From Candidatus Parcubacteria bacterium (GTDB lineage: Bacteria; Patescibacteriota; Minisyncoccia; UBA6257; 2-01-FULL-56-20): a stretch of 64,000 bases of DNA. Position 1 is the first letter of the stretch; each line of letters starts with the position of its first letter. This document shows positions 18,393 through 27,184 of the stretch, one piece after another. Under the pieces are notes generated by a model that was given only the letters and a program-made list of their open reading frames with translations, had not been told where the DNA came from and searched no databases. The translations under genes were made by a program, and so were the position numbers. The stretch is taken from the NCBI GenBank assembly GCA_027355945.1, contig DAIEHA010000002.1, positions 15,071 through 79,070 of the forward strand, in the 5' to 3' direction.

Positions 18393-19013
18393 ATGAAAAA
18401 AAATACATCAAACGGTACTATGGCGGTTAAAGTGATCGGCATTTTTGCTATCTCGATATTTATCCTCGGAGGTATCGCTCTACTCAGTTATGAGAACAGC
18501 GACGCAGCACCTCAGGCGGGCGCCACAGGGTCTGGTAGCTTCGGCAGTGCACTCATCGGCAAGCCCGCGCCGCAATTTTCGCTGAAAGATCGCAACGAAG
18601 TCACATACACCCCAGATAGTTTGAAAGGAAAGAATGTGATTCTTTTCTTTAACGAGGGAATTATGTGCTATCCCGCATGCTGGAATCAGATGGTCGCGCT
18701 CGCGACGGATCCTCGGTTTCAAACATCCGATACGATCGCGCTTTCCATCGTGATCGACTCTCCGGATCAATGGCAGTCGGCGATCCAGAAAATGCCGGAC
18801 CTTGGGAAGGCAACCGTTCTCTTTGACACCGATAAATCCATTTCGCAGGAATACGGGATGCTCACCGCACTATCTTCGATGCATTACGGTTCCTACCCAG
18901 GTCATTCGTTCGTGATCCTCGACAAACAAGGGATCGTCCGCTTCGTCTATGATGACCCAGCTATGGGCATTGATGACGATCGTATCGCGGCCGATCTCCA
19001 AACGTTGAAATAG
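18393..19013 (+). CDS. SCO1/SenC-like copper-binding thioredoxin-fold protein
   Basis: Signal anchor. KNVILFFNEGIMCYPACW gives a CxxxC motif after a beta strand, as in SCO proteins. Downstream HSFVILDKQGIVRFVY matches the conserved SCO His region. Confidence 0.65.
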   Translation: MKKNTSNGTMAVKVIGIFAISIFILGGIALLSYENSDAAPQAGATGSGSFGSALIGKPAPQFSLKDRNEVTYTPDSLKGKNVILFFNEGIMCYPACWNQMVALATDPRFQTSDTIALSIVIDSPDQWQSAIQKMPDLGKATVLFDTDKSISQEYGMLTALSSMHYGSYPGHSFVILDKQGIVRFVYDDPAMGIDDDRIAADLQTLK

Positions 19014-19014
19014 C

Positions 19015-19464
19015 ATGCATAGACCGATCACGAAATCCTTTATCGGAGGGTCTATTGCGACGGGCACGCTCATCGCGGCATATTTCGCAATCGTTTCCCT
19101 CATATCGGGATTTGCATTCGCCGGAAGTCAGTTTGTGGAATTCTGGTTCTACTTCGTGGGATTGGCACTCGGCTTCGGCATTCAGATCGGGCTTTACATC
19201 TATCTGAAGCAACTGGTCCGTGGCGCAAGCGGCGGGCCAGTGGTGGCGGTGACGGGGATGACCTCGACCGCCGCCATGGTTGCGTGCTGCACCCACTATC
19301 TCGTGAACATTCTGCCAATTCTTGGAATAAGCGCCTTCGCCTCATTTGTCGGCGAATATCAGGTTCAGTTCTTTTGGGTTGGTATCGCATTCAATCTTGT
19401 GGGTATCGTCTATATTGCAAGTCGAGTTATAAAAGTCAGGGGGAATATGCAGCACATTGCATGA
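19015..19464 (+). CDS. Hypothetical four-TM membrane protein, possibly the N-terminal half of a split ICMT-like methyltransferase
   Basis: 149 aa, hydrophobic. Ends 4 nt into the next ORF, in a different frame. Contains ACCTHY. Confidence 0.45.
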   Translation: MHRPITKSFIGGSIATGTLIAAYFAIVSLISGFAFAGSQFVEFWFYFVGLALGFGIQIGLYIYLKQLVRGASGGPVVAVTGMTSTAAMVACCTHYLVNILPILGISAFASFVGEYQVQFFWVGIAFNLVGIVYIASRVIKVRGNMQHIA

Positions 19465-19748
19465 ACAAATCAAATCTTGCATGGACTGTCCTCTGTGAAG
19501 CACAGAAAGAACATACGCTTGCAATCGCGGGGCCGTATGCCCGCATTCGTCATCCACAATACATGGCATTCATACTTGTTATGCTTGGGTTCCTGTTTCA
19601 GTGGCCGACCATTCTCACGCTTGCTATGTTTCCGGTACTTCTGTGGATGTATGTGCATCTCGCGCGAACCGAAGAGAGAGAAGCGCAAGCGATCTTTGGC
19701 GTGGAATGGAATGCATATGCGGCGCAAACACCCGCGTTCATTCCCTAA
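19461..19748 (+). CDS. Isoprenylcysteine carboxyl methyltransferase (ICMT/PEMT) family C-terminal catalytic fragment
   Basis: AGPYARIRHPQYMAF (the RHPxY motif) and EEREAQAIFGVEWNAYAAQTPAFIP (C-terminal EE...FG..Y..Y motif). Only ~95 aa from the ATG at 19461. Confidence 0.5.
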   Translation: MNKSNLAWTVLCEAQKEHTLAIAGPYARIRHPQYMAFILVMLGFLFQWPTILTLAMFPVLLWMYVHLARTEEREAQAIFGVEWNAYAAQTPAFIP

Positions 19749-19790
19749 TGGAAACGAAACAATAAATCATTGAAATAAAAATCAACACCT

Positions 19791-19966
19791 ATGTTCAGAA
19801 TCTTTAAGAAAAAGTGTCCGATTTGCAGGATGGCACTCGAAGAAGGAAAACAATATCCTGAGGAATTCGGTAAACAATTCTGTTCGGAAAGATGCAAGAC
19901 ACAGTATCAAGAATTAACAAATAAAAAGAAGCAATCGCAACATTCCAGCCATGGTGGGTGTTGTTA
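19791..19966 (+). CDS. YHS/TRASH-domain small metal-binding protein ending in GGCC
   Basis: Hand translation: MFRIFKKKCPICRMALEEGKQYPEEFGKQFCSERCKTQYQELTNKKKQSQHSSHGGCC. C-x2-C...C-x3-C matches the TRASH/YHS pattern. Shorter than 60 aa, so absent from the ORF track. Confidence 0.55.
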
Positions 19967-19979
19967 AGAGTTCAACGCT

Positions 19980-21278
19980 ATGCGGTTATCGTTTCTTTTG
20001 ATCGGACTCGGATTTGTCGCGGTTTTGGCCGTCGGGGGTATTTCGAGTTCTCGTGCAGTAGCTGCAACGGTGGTAGCTACGAGTACTGGCGGCAATGCTT
20101 CGCAAGTCCAGATCAATACGGATAACCAACAGATCGCAGACCTCAACCAAAAAATAGCATCCTACCAAGCGCAACTTCGGAAAGTAGGTGCGGATAAGAA
20201 AACGCTCCAAGCGGCTATTCACGCGCTCGATTTGCAACGCAGCAACGCACAAGTGCAGGTTGCCGTTACCCAACTGCAGATCAACGCAACCCAGGCCCAG
20301 ATCAAACAGTTGGGCGGAGAGATATTGGGAGCGAAGCAGACGATAGCAGGGGATCAGGCGGCGCTCGGAGAATATCTTCAAAGTCTTCAAAAAGCCGACG
20401 ATAAGCCGTTGATCGTGCAGATGCTTTCATCGGGCGGTCTTGTTCAAGCATGGGATGATATTAATGCGACAGTAAAGATGCAAACCGCCGTCCAAAATCA
20501 AATGCAGGCGCTTCGTGTCCAGGAAGACAGCCTTGCCAACTCGCAGACAGTTTCAAAACAGAAACAGGAAGCACTCACATCGCAAAAACAGGCATTGGCA
20601 TCACGGCAGCAATCGCTTATCGCGACGGAACAATCTAAAAGTCAGCTGCTCGCCGAAACCAAGTCGCAAGAATCTGCTTATCAAAAATTGCTTGCCGCGG
20701 CGCACGCGGAGCTCAGTAGCTTCTCGACGTTTACAGAGAACGCGGGCGGATCAAAACTGCTTGCCAATCAGACCAGTTGCGACTCGTGGGGCTGCTATTA
20801 TAATCAGCGTGATTCGGCATGGGGCGCTACTCCTCTTGATGGGACAAAATATACGCTTGCACGCGCAGGGTGCCTCATTGCATCCGTGGCGATGGTGCTC
20901 ACGCATTACGGGTATAAGGATGTGACGCCTGCGACCATCAACTCGAACCCCGATAACTTCGCGGGGTATTCACCCGATCTGCTGCTCGCGTCGATCGACG
21001 TTGACGGTGTGACCGTTATGCGAAAGGCCATCAGGGTGAAAGGTGCCACTGCCGCACGAAAAATTTCAGTTATTGATGCGATGCTTGCGACTGGCCATCC
21101 GGCAATCGTCGGCATGAATGCCCTCGGCGGCACGCATTTTGTCGTACTCACGAGCGGGAGCAATGGTGATTACCTCATGCGCGATCCGTATGTAGCGAAT
21201 GGTAACGGTATCAGCTTCACCTCCTATTATTCATTGAAGGAGATATATAGCATTGCGAAGATCGTGATCGGGAGTTGA
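19980..21278 (+). CDS. Secreted coiled-coil protein with C-terminal C39-like (papain-fold) cysteine peptidase domain
   Basis: Signal peptide, ~250 aa Q/A-rich coiled coil, then SCDSWGCYYNQ...AGCLIASVAMVLTHYGY...GGTHFVVL resembling Peptidase_C39_2 with its Cys and His. PcsB-like architecture. Confidence 0.55.
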   Translation: MRLSFLLIGLGFVAVLAVGGISSSRAVAATVVATSTGGNASQVQINTDNQQIADLNQKIASYQAQLRKVGADKKTLQAAIHALDLQRSNAQVQVAVTQLQINATQAQIKQLGGEILGAKQTIAGDQAALGEYLQSLQKADDKPLIVQMLSSGGLVQAWDDINATVKMQTAVQNQMQALRVQEDSLANSQTVSKQKQEALTSQKQALASRQQSLIATEQSKSQLLAETKSQESAYQKLLAAAHAELSSFSTFTENAGGSKLLANQTSCDSWGCYYNQRDSAWGATPLDGTKYTLARAGCLIASVAMVLTHYGYKDVTPATINSNPDNFAGYSPDLLLASIDVDGVTVMRKAIRVKGATAARKISVIDAMLATGHPAIVGMNALGGTHFVVLTSGSNGDYLMRDPYVANGNGISFTSYYSLKEIYSIAKIVIGS

Positions 21279-21304
21279 CAGTAAATACCCCCTAGGGGTA
21301 TCAT
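21275..21304 (+). promoter_or_regulatory. ATPase promoter: TTGACA-N18-TATCAT with CsoR-type box TACCCCCTAGGGGTA (21286..21300) in the spacer
   Basis: Same hexamers, same 18 nt spacer and same box offset as the csoR promoter. ATG lies 13 nt after the -10. Confidence 0.6.
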
Positions 21305-21316
21305 TAAGAAAATAAT

Positions 21317-23689
21317 ATGAGCCACGACCATATGCATCACAACGAAGGGGCTGTTCGGCAACCGAATTGTGCCTGCGGCAAGAAGTGTTCCGGGTGCTCT
21401 GCGGAAAAACTAGCTGTTAATTGTGGTTGTGATATGGAAGCAAAACAGTTTGAATCCGATATGGATCATTCTTGCTGCCACAATACGCATAATAAAAAGA
21501 CGAGCGCTCCGGCCGTCGCAATGAGTGCGGAGGGAGGATCATATTATACCTGCCCAATGCATCCGGACGTGAGATCGAAAGTGCCCGGTAAGTGTCCGGG
21601 GTGCGGCATGGACCTTATCCTTAAAAAGGGCGAAGTTGCTTCGCAAGGTGATCATGCAAATCATGATATGCAGGCCATGAGCCATATGGATCATGAGGCG
21701 GCGATGACGAGCCCGCAATTGGCGAAGCAGATGGAGCGGGATATGCGTCGCCGATTTTGGATTTCATTCATACTCTCGATCCCGATCTTTCTTTATTCGC
21801 CGGTCGGCACAGCAGTGTTCAAGGTCGCGCTTTGGAGCCCCATCCCAATCAATTGGCTATTATTGATCCTCACCACGCCGATCGTATTTTGGACGGGCTC
21901 GATCTTCATCACAGGGACATACTATTCCCTGAAAGCAAAAAAGCTGAACATGGCGGTGCTTATTGCGACAGGGGTGTTGGCCGCCTATCTTTTTAGCGTT
22001 CTTCTCACCGTTATCGGAAGCCCCGATACTTTTTATGAGGCAGCAGCACTTTTGGTTACCTTCGTGCTCTTTGGCCATTGGATGGAGATGAAGTCTCGGC
22101 GTGGCACTTCGGAATCTTTGCGGGCCCTATTTGATCTTGTGCCGCCAAAGGCAACGGTTATCCGCGATGGTAGGGAGATCTCGATCCCAAGCGCCGAGAT
22201 TATGCATGATGACATTGTAGTAGTGCGGCCCGGCGACAAATTACCGGTGGACGGCGTTGTGACCGAAGGCGAGAGCGCGGTTGACGAGTCGCTCGTTACG
22301 GGAGAATCAATCCCAGTCACAAAAATGATCGGCGACAAAGTCACCGGTGGATCGGTCAACCAAACAGGGACCCTTAAGTTCAAGGCGACGCAGGTGGGTG
22401 CGGAAACCGTCCTCGCGCAGATCATTAAGCTCGTTGAGACGGCCCAGAATTCCAAAGCGCCGGGTCAGCGCCTTGCCGATCGCGCTGCTGGCTGGCTCGT
22501 TATCTTGGCCGTTGGTTCGGGTATCGTGACATTTCTTGGCTGGTATTTTTGGGGCCACACAGGATTCATCACTGCGCTGACATTCGCCATTTCAGCAGTG
22601 GTGATCGCGTGTCCGGATGCTTTGGGGCTTGCGACGCCGACCGCCGTGGCGGTGGGTACTGGTATCGGGGCAAAACATAATATCCTCATTAAAGATGCCG
22701 CGACACTAGAGAACACTTCCAAGTTGAATGCGGTTGTGCTCGATAAAACAGGGACGTTGACGGAAGGGAAGCCAAAGGTAACCGATATTGTTCCACTGAA
22801 TGGTTTTAACGAAGAAGATGTCTTGCGGTATGAGGCGAGCATTGAAAACAATTCCAATCATCCGGTTGCAAAGGCTATCGTGGACGAGGCCGCCAAGCGT
22901 GGCGTTTCTCTCGTGGAGTCTTCGCAATTCGAATCTATCCCTGGCTATGGCATAAAGGCGACCATCCTTGGCAAGCGGGTACTCGCGGGGAATGAACGAT
23001 TGATGACAACGAATGGCGTGGATGTGGTGTCGGCGAGGATGACCATCGACAAGCTTGCGAACGAAGGGAAGACGATCAGCCTGCTTTCCATCGATGAGAA
23101 GATCGCAGGGGTTACCGCCGTCGCCGATACCGTGCGCCCAAGCGCGAAACAGGCGATCAAACGACTCCAAGACCTCGGTATCGAAGTGGCGATGATAACG
23201 GGTGATCATAAAGTCGTCGCGGAAGCGGTCGGAAAGGAGCTTGGCATCAATCGTGTTTTTGCAGAAGTGCTCCCTAAAGATAAAGCGAGTTATGTGAAGA
23301 AACTGCAGGACGAAGGAAAATTTGTTGCGATGGTGGGCGATGGTGTGAATGACGCTCCGGCGTTGGCGCAATCGGACATCGGTATCGCGATCGGCGCGGG
23401 TACTGATGTAGCGATCGAGACCGGTAACATAGTGCTTATGAAATCCGATCCGAACGATATTGCCTCGGCAATCATCCTGAGCAAAGCAACGGTTGCTAAA
23501 ATGAAGCAGAATCTTTTCTGGGCGGCAATCTATAACGTGTCCGCGATTCCCGTTGCGGCAGGCGTATTCGCAGGGATCGGTATCACGCTCCGTCCGGAGA
23601 TTTCGGCGCTCCTAATGTCCGCGTCATCTATTATTGTTGCCACCAATGCGGTGCTCTTAAAGAGAGTCGAAAGTAAGCTTAAAAGCTAA
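21317..23689 (+). CDS. copA: Heavy-metal (Cu+-type) P1B ATPase with N-terminal His/Cys-rich metal-binding region
   Basis: DKTGT phosphorylation site, GDGVNDAP hinge, TM7 YN and TM8 MSASS (P1B-1 Cu+ signature). TM6 motif is CPD rather than CPC. N-terminal [10 protein letters not shown]...GKCPGCGM metal-binding domain plus His-rich stretches. Confidence 0.92.
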   Translation: MSHDHMHHNEGAVRQPNCACGKKCSGCSAEKLAVNCGCDMEAKQFESDMDHSCCHNTHNKKTSAPAVAMSAEGGSYYTCPMHPDVRSKVPGKCPGCGMDLILKKGEVASQGDHANHDMQAMSHMDHEAAMTSPQLAKQMERDMRRRFWISFILSIPIFLYSPVGTAVFKVALWSPIPINWLLLILTTPIVFWTGSIFITGTYYSLKAKKLNMAVLIATGVLAAYLFSVLLTVIGSPDTFYEAAALLVTFVLFGHWMEMKSRRGTSESLRALFDLVPPKATVIRDGREISIPSAEIMHDDIVVVRPGDKLPVDGVVTEGESAVDESLVTGESIPVTKMIGDKVTGGSVNQTGTLKFKATQVGAETVLAQIIKLVETAQNSKAPGQRLADRAAGWLVILAVGSGIVTFLGWYFWGHTGFITALTFAISAVVIACPDALGLATPTAVAVGTGIGAKHNILIKDAATLENTSKLNAVVLDKTGTLTEGKPKVTDIVPLNGFNEEDVLRYEASIENNSNHPVAKAIVDEAAKRGVSLVESSQFESIPGYGIKATILGKRVLAGNERLMTTNGVDVVSARMTIDKLANEGKTISLLSIDEKIAGVTAVADTVRPSAKQAIKRLQDLGIEVAMITGDHKVVAEAVGKELGINRVFAEVLPKDKASYVKKLQDEGKFVAMVGDGVNDAPALAQSDIGIAIGAGTDVAIETGNIVLMKSDPNDIASAIILSKATVAKMKQNLFWAAIYNVSAIPVAAGVFAGIGITLRPEISALLMSASSIIVATNAVLLKRVESKLKS

Positions 23690-23723
23690 AAGGTCGCGAG
23701 GTAAATAATTAATTACTATTACA

Positions 23724-23972
23724 TTGCTTTCACTTAAACGGTATGGATGGCTCTGCGTGCTTGGTATCGAAGTGGCCTATGTTGGCTGCATGATCTATCG
23801 CTTTTTCCTGAACGGCGCGGCTCTTAGCTTGCATGCATCACTCTTTGAACTCCTTCCAGGATTTTCATGGGGAATTGGCGGCATGGTCATCGGTGCAATA
23901 GACCTCTTTATCTTTGCATGGATTTTTGCGTGGTACATGGTCTGGATGCACAATACGAGCATCCAGAAATAG
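23724..23972 (+). CDS. Small hydrophobic protein, hypothetical
   Basis: 82 aa, two TM segments. Weak. Confidence 0.3.
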   Translation: MLSLKRYGWLCVLGIEVAYVGCMIYRFFLNGAALSLHASLFELLPGFSWGIGGMVIGAIDLFIFAWIFAWYMVWMHNTSIQK

Positions 23973-24025
23973 TGGTGGATTTCTCCCACATGTCCACACT
24001 TATAAAATGCCCTTTCGGGGGCATT

Positions 24026-24496
24026 TTAATTTGCAGGCACTATTTTTTCATTACGCCAATTTCTAATACATAAATCTCCCCATCCGTGGCCGAACCACAG
24101 GGCGAGGAATACAAGAACATAAATGACTGCCGCTCCGATGTCCGTCGACCCCGCAGTGTACGGGCCACCGAATCCTTCGGCGGTGGACCAGATGACGAGA
24201 CTCATTGCGATACCACCCCACGTTGCGACGCGTGACGCGATGCCGAAGATGAGCGCAAGAGCAATTGCTGTTTCTGCAGTTGCAACGAGTAGTGCAAAAA
24301 GCCCCGGGTTTACTCCTATTATATGAATCCAAAGTGTGATCCAATTTTTAACGAGCAGTGGCTGGCCGTCGAGGTTCCCCGAGAGATAACTCGTAAAGTT
24401 TGTGAAGAAATCTGGCTGCCATTTGAAATAAGCGTCAATTCCCCAAATGGCGCCGAAAGCGATTCGGAGCCATGCGAACTTACGCTGGTCGGTCAT
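24026..24496 (-). CDS. DoxX-like small membrane protein (inferred)
   Basis: 156 aa, four TM, Trp-rich. Family assignment is tentative. Confidence 0.4.
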   Translation of the reverse strand: MTDQRKFAWLRIAFGAIWGIDAYFKWQPDFFTNFTSYLSGNLDGQPLLVKNWITLWIHIIGVNPGLFALLVATAETAIALALIFGIASRVATWGGIAMSLVIWSTAEGFGGPYTAGSTDIGAAVIYVLVFLALWFGHGWGDLCIRNWRNEKIVPAN

Positions 24497-24628
24497 GATT
24501 TTATTTTACCTTATCCGGAGGTGCATTAAAATCAATATGCATTCATGCTTAAACCAGCCCATTATTTTAAATGAGAGGCTTGGACCTGCAAAAACGCAGA
24601 TGATATAAAGGAATCAAGAACGTTGTAC

Positions 24629-24653
24629 GCTCAAAATCCAACAGGGGGGTGCC
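24629..24653. repeat. tRNA-His 3' end plus trailer; right copy of the direct repeat
   Basis: Matches 12560..12583. Confidence 0.6.
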
Positions 24654-24719
24654 TAACGGGAATCGAACCCGTATCATCGGAGCCACAATCCGAGGCTCTA
24701 CCATTAAGCTATAGGCACC
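24648..24719 (-). tRNA. tRNA-His (GUG) with encoded G-1
   Basis: Manual fold: G-1 plus acceptor GTGCCTA/TAGGCAC, D stem GCTT/GAGC, anticodon stem TCGGA/TCCGA, loop TTGTGGC (anticodon GTG), T arm ACGGG-TTCGATT-CCCGT, discriminator C. Confidence 0.85.
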
Positions 24720-24813
24720 ATCATGGATGCCGCGTCCTGCGCCGCGAGTATCCGCATACATAATCTACACGGAATCGGCTGTTTTTTCAACATTTTTGGA
24801 GTATGATTGACCC

Positions 24814-26064
24814 ATGATCTATCCTGAGCTGGAAAAAGAGGATTCGCAGGTCTATGAGATCGTGAAGCGGGAGGAGCGGCGGCAAAAGGAGGGTATCGAG
24901 CTCATTGCGAGCGAGAATTATGCCTCTCGCGCGGTCCTCGAAGCGATGGGGTCCGTGCTTACGAATAAATACAGTGAAGGGTATCCCGGAAAGCGGTATT
25001 ACGGCGGGAACGGAGTGATCGACGAGGCGGAAGCACTTGCCATTTCCCGGGCAAAGGAGCTTTTTGGCGCTGAACACGTGAACGTGCAACCGCTTTCCGG
25101 TTCTCCCGCGAATCTCGCCGTCTATATGGCGCTTCTCCAGCCAGGCGACAAAGTGCTGGGATTCTCGCTCGATCAGGGCGGACATCTTTCCCATGGCCAT
25201 CCACTGAACTTCTCCGGGAAACTCTATTCCATCATCCCGTACTTCGTGGATAAAGAACGGGAGGTCATCGATATGGACGAAGTGGAATCGATCGCACTCC
25301 GCGAAAAGCCGAAGATGATCCTTGCGGGATTCTCCGCATATTCGCGCTCCCTTGATTGGAAGCGCTTCCGGGAGATCGCAGACGCATGCGGCGCATATCT
25401 CTTCGCGGACATCGCCCACATCGCAGGGCTCATTGCGGGCAAACAACTTGAAAACCCCGTGCCATATTGTGACGTGGTTTCCACGACGACGCATAAGACC
25501 CTCCGGGGTCCTCGCGGTGCGATGATCATGTCAAAGGAGCGCTTTGCGGCTGCGATCGATAAAGCGGTGTTCCCGGGCGTGCAGGGAGGTCCTCATGACC
25601 ATATCACCGCGGCAAAAGCGGTGGCATACGGAGAGGCGCTCAGGCCGGAGTTCGCCGAGTATGCCGCGCACGTGATCGCGAACGCCCGTGCGCTCGCCGC
25701 GGCGCTCGCCGCCAAAGGGTACCGCATCATATCCGGAGGTACGGACAACCATCTCATGCTTGTGGATGTGGCGGGGAGCAAAGGCATCACCGGAAAAGAG
25801 GCGGAAAAAGCGCTGGAACAGGTGGGCATATCCGTCAATAAAAATATGATCCCATTCGATCCCCGAAAACCTCTCGATCCCTCGGGTATCCGTCTCGGCA
25901 CCCCCGCACTCACTACCCGCGGATGCGGCGAAGAGGATATGCGGACCGTCGCAAGCCTTATCGATGAGGCTCTTGCGGCACGCAATGACGATGCGGCGCT
26001 CGGCCGCATACAGGAAAAGGTCAGGGAGTTCGCGCTCAAGTTCCCCGTCCCGGGGATCGAGTGA
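24814..26064 (+). CDS. glyA: Serine hydroxymethyltransferase
   Basis: 416 aa. ELIASENY, TNKYSEGYPGKRYYGG and TTTHKTLRGPRG (PLP-lysine region) motifs. Confidence 0.95.
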   Translation: MIYPELEKEDSQVYEIVKREERRQKEGIELIASENYASRAVLEAMGSVLTNKYSEGYPGKRYYGGNGVIDEAEALAISRAKELFGAEHVNVQPLSGSPANLAVYMALLQPGDKVLGFSLDQGGHLSHGHPLNFSGKLYSIIPYFVDKEREVIDMDEVESIALREKPKMILAGFSAYSRSLDWKRFREIADACGAYLFADIAHIAGLIAGKQLENPVPYCDVVSTTTHKTLRGPRGAMIMSKERFAAAIDKAVFPGVQGGPHDHITAAKAVAYGEALRPEFAEYAAHVIANARALAAALAAKGYRIISGGTDNHLMLVDVAGSKGITGKEAEKALEQVGISVNKNMIPFDPRKPLDPSGIRLGTPALTTRGCGEEDMRTVASLIDEALAARNDDAALGRIQEKVREFALKFPVPGIE

Positions 26065-26107
26065 TCGCATTGCTATCGCGTCCGTTCTGCGGCACAATAT
26101 TCCGGAT

Positions 26108-26947
26108 ATGATCATCGATGGGAAGGCCATTGCGGCCGAAATCATGGAACGACTGAAGGCCCTTCCGAAACAGGACCGCTTCTTCGGCGCGGTTCTCGTC
26201 GGACGCGATCCCGCGTCGGTGAACTTTCTTGCACAGAAGGAGCGCGTTGCGCGCGAACTCGGCATCGATTTCCGCCTCTATGAATTCCCTGAAGCGACGA
26301 CGACCGATGTCCTTCGCGCGGAGATCGGACGTCTTGCCGCCCCCAAGGCTTGCGGCGCCCTCATCGTCCAACTTCCTCTCCCGGAACATGTGAACCGGCA
26401 TTATGTCCTTAATGCGATCCCGAAAGGCAAGGATGCCGACTGTCTCGGCGAGTCCGCGCTCGGTGCGTTTTATACCGGAAGGGGGGCGATCGTCCCTCCC
26501 TCTGTTGCCGTGGTGGAGGAGGTCATTCGGAGGGAGATTCGAGGAGACCTTCGCACGCTCAATGCGGCGGTGGTGGGCGCCGGGTTCCTCATCGGCAAAC
26601 CGGTGGGATTCTGGCTCCAGAACCGCGTAGGGGAGCTCGTCGTGCTCGATATCTCCGTACGGGACGTGCACGCGAAGCTTGGCGAAGCCGATATCGTGGT
26701 GAGCGGCACCGGACACGCGCACCTTTTCAACGCAGCCCATCTGAAGCCCGGCGCGCTTGTGATCGATTTCGGGTTTGCCCGTGACGCTTCCGGAAAGATC
26801 GCGGGCGATTTCGATCCCGCCGGGGCCGAAGAAAAGGGGATACGCTACACGAGGACCCCCGGCGGCACCGGCCCCCTGCTCGTTGCAAAGCTCTATGAGA
26901 ATTTCTATAGCCTCAATTCCCCATCATCCGTCTTTGGTGCGCGCTGA
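26108..26947 (+). CDS. folD: Bifunctional methylenetetrahydrofolate dehydrogenase/cyclohydrolase
   Basis: MIIDGKAIAAEI start and typical FolD core (VVVGAGFLIGKP-like NAD(P) binding). ORF track start 25964 lies inside glyA; start at 26108 preferred. Confidence 0.88.
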   Translation: MIIDGKAIAAEIMERLKALPKQDRFFGAVLVGRDPASVNFLAQKERVARELGIDFRLYEFPEATTTDVLRAEIGRLAAPKACGALIVQLPLPEHVNRHYVLNAIPKGKDADCLGESALGAFYTGRGAIVPPSVAVVEEVIRREIRGDLRTLNAAVVGAGFLIGKPVGFWLQNRVGELVVLDISVRDVHAKLGEADIVVSGTGHAHLFNAAHLKPGALVIDFGFARDASGKIAGDFDPAGAEEKGIRYTRTPGGTGPLLVAKLYENFYSLNSPSSVFGAR

Positions 26948-27009
26948 GGGATTTGAACCCCCGACCCACTCCGTGTAAAGGAGTTGCTCTACCCCTGAGC
27001 TAAGCGCGC
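26935..27009 (-). tRNA. tRNA-Val (UAC) with encoded CCA
   Basis: Manual fold: acceptor GCGCGCT/AGCGCGC, D stem GCTC/GAGC, anticodon stem ACTCC/GGAGT, loop TTTACAC, T loop TTCAAAT, 3' ACCA. Overlaps the folD stop by ~13 nt. Confidence 0.85.
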
Positions 27010-27121
27010 ATGCCCATTCATCCTATAGGGATTTATGAAAAAGTAAACCTTTCGGGGGAGCGGTCCGCGGAACGGTGCCGGAATCCCGATGGAATGGGGG
27101 AGGGAGGGGCATGCGACCGGT

Positions 27122-27150
27122 AAAAAAATCCCCACGGCATGCCGTGGGGA
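27122..27150. terminator. Bidirectional terminator 3' of PhoH2
   Basis: TCCCCACGGC-AT-GCCGTGGGGA hairpin with an A-run on + and a T-run on -. Confidence 0.55.
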
Positions 27151-27184
27151 GCGGTCCGGGGACCGGACCATTTCCTATCTGCGA

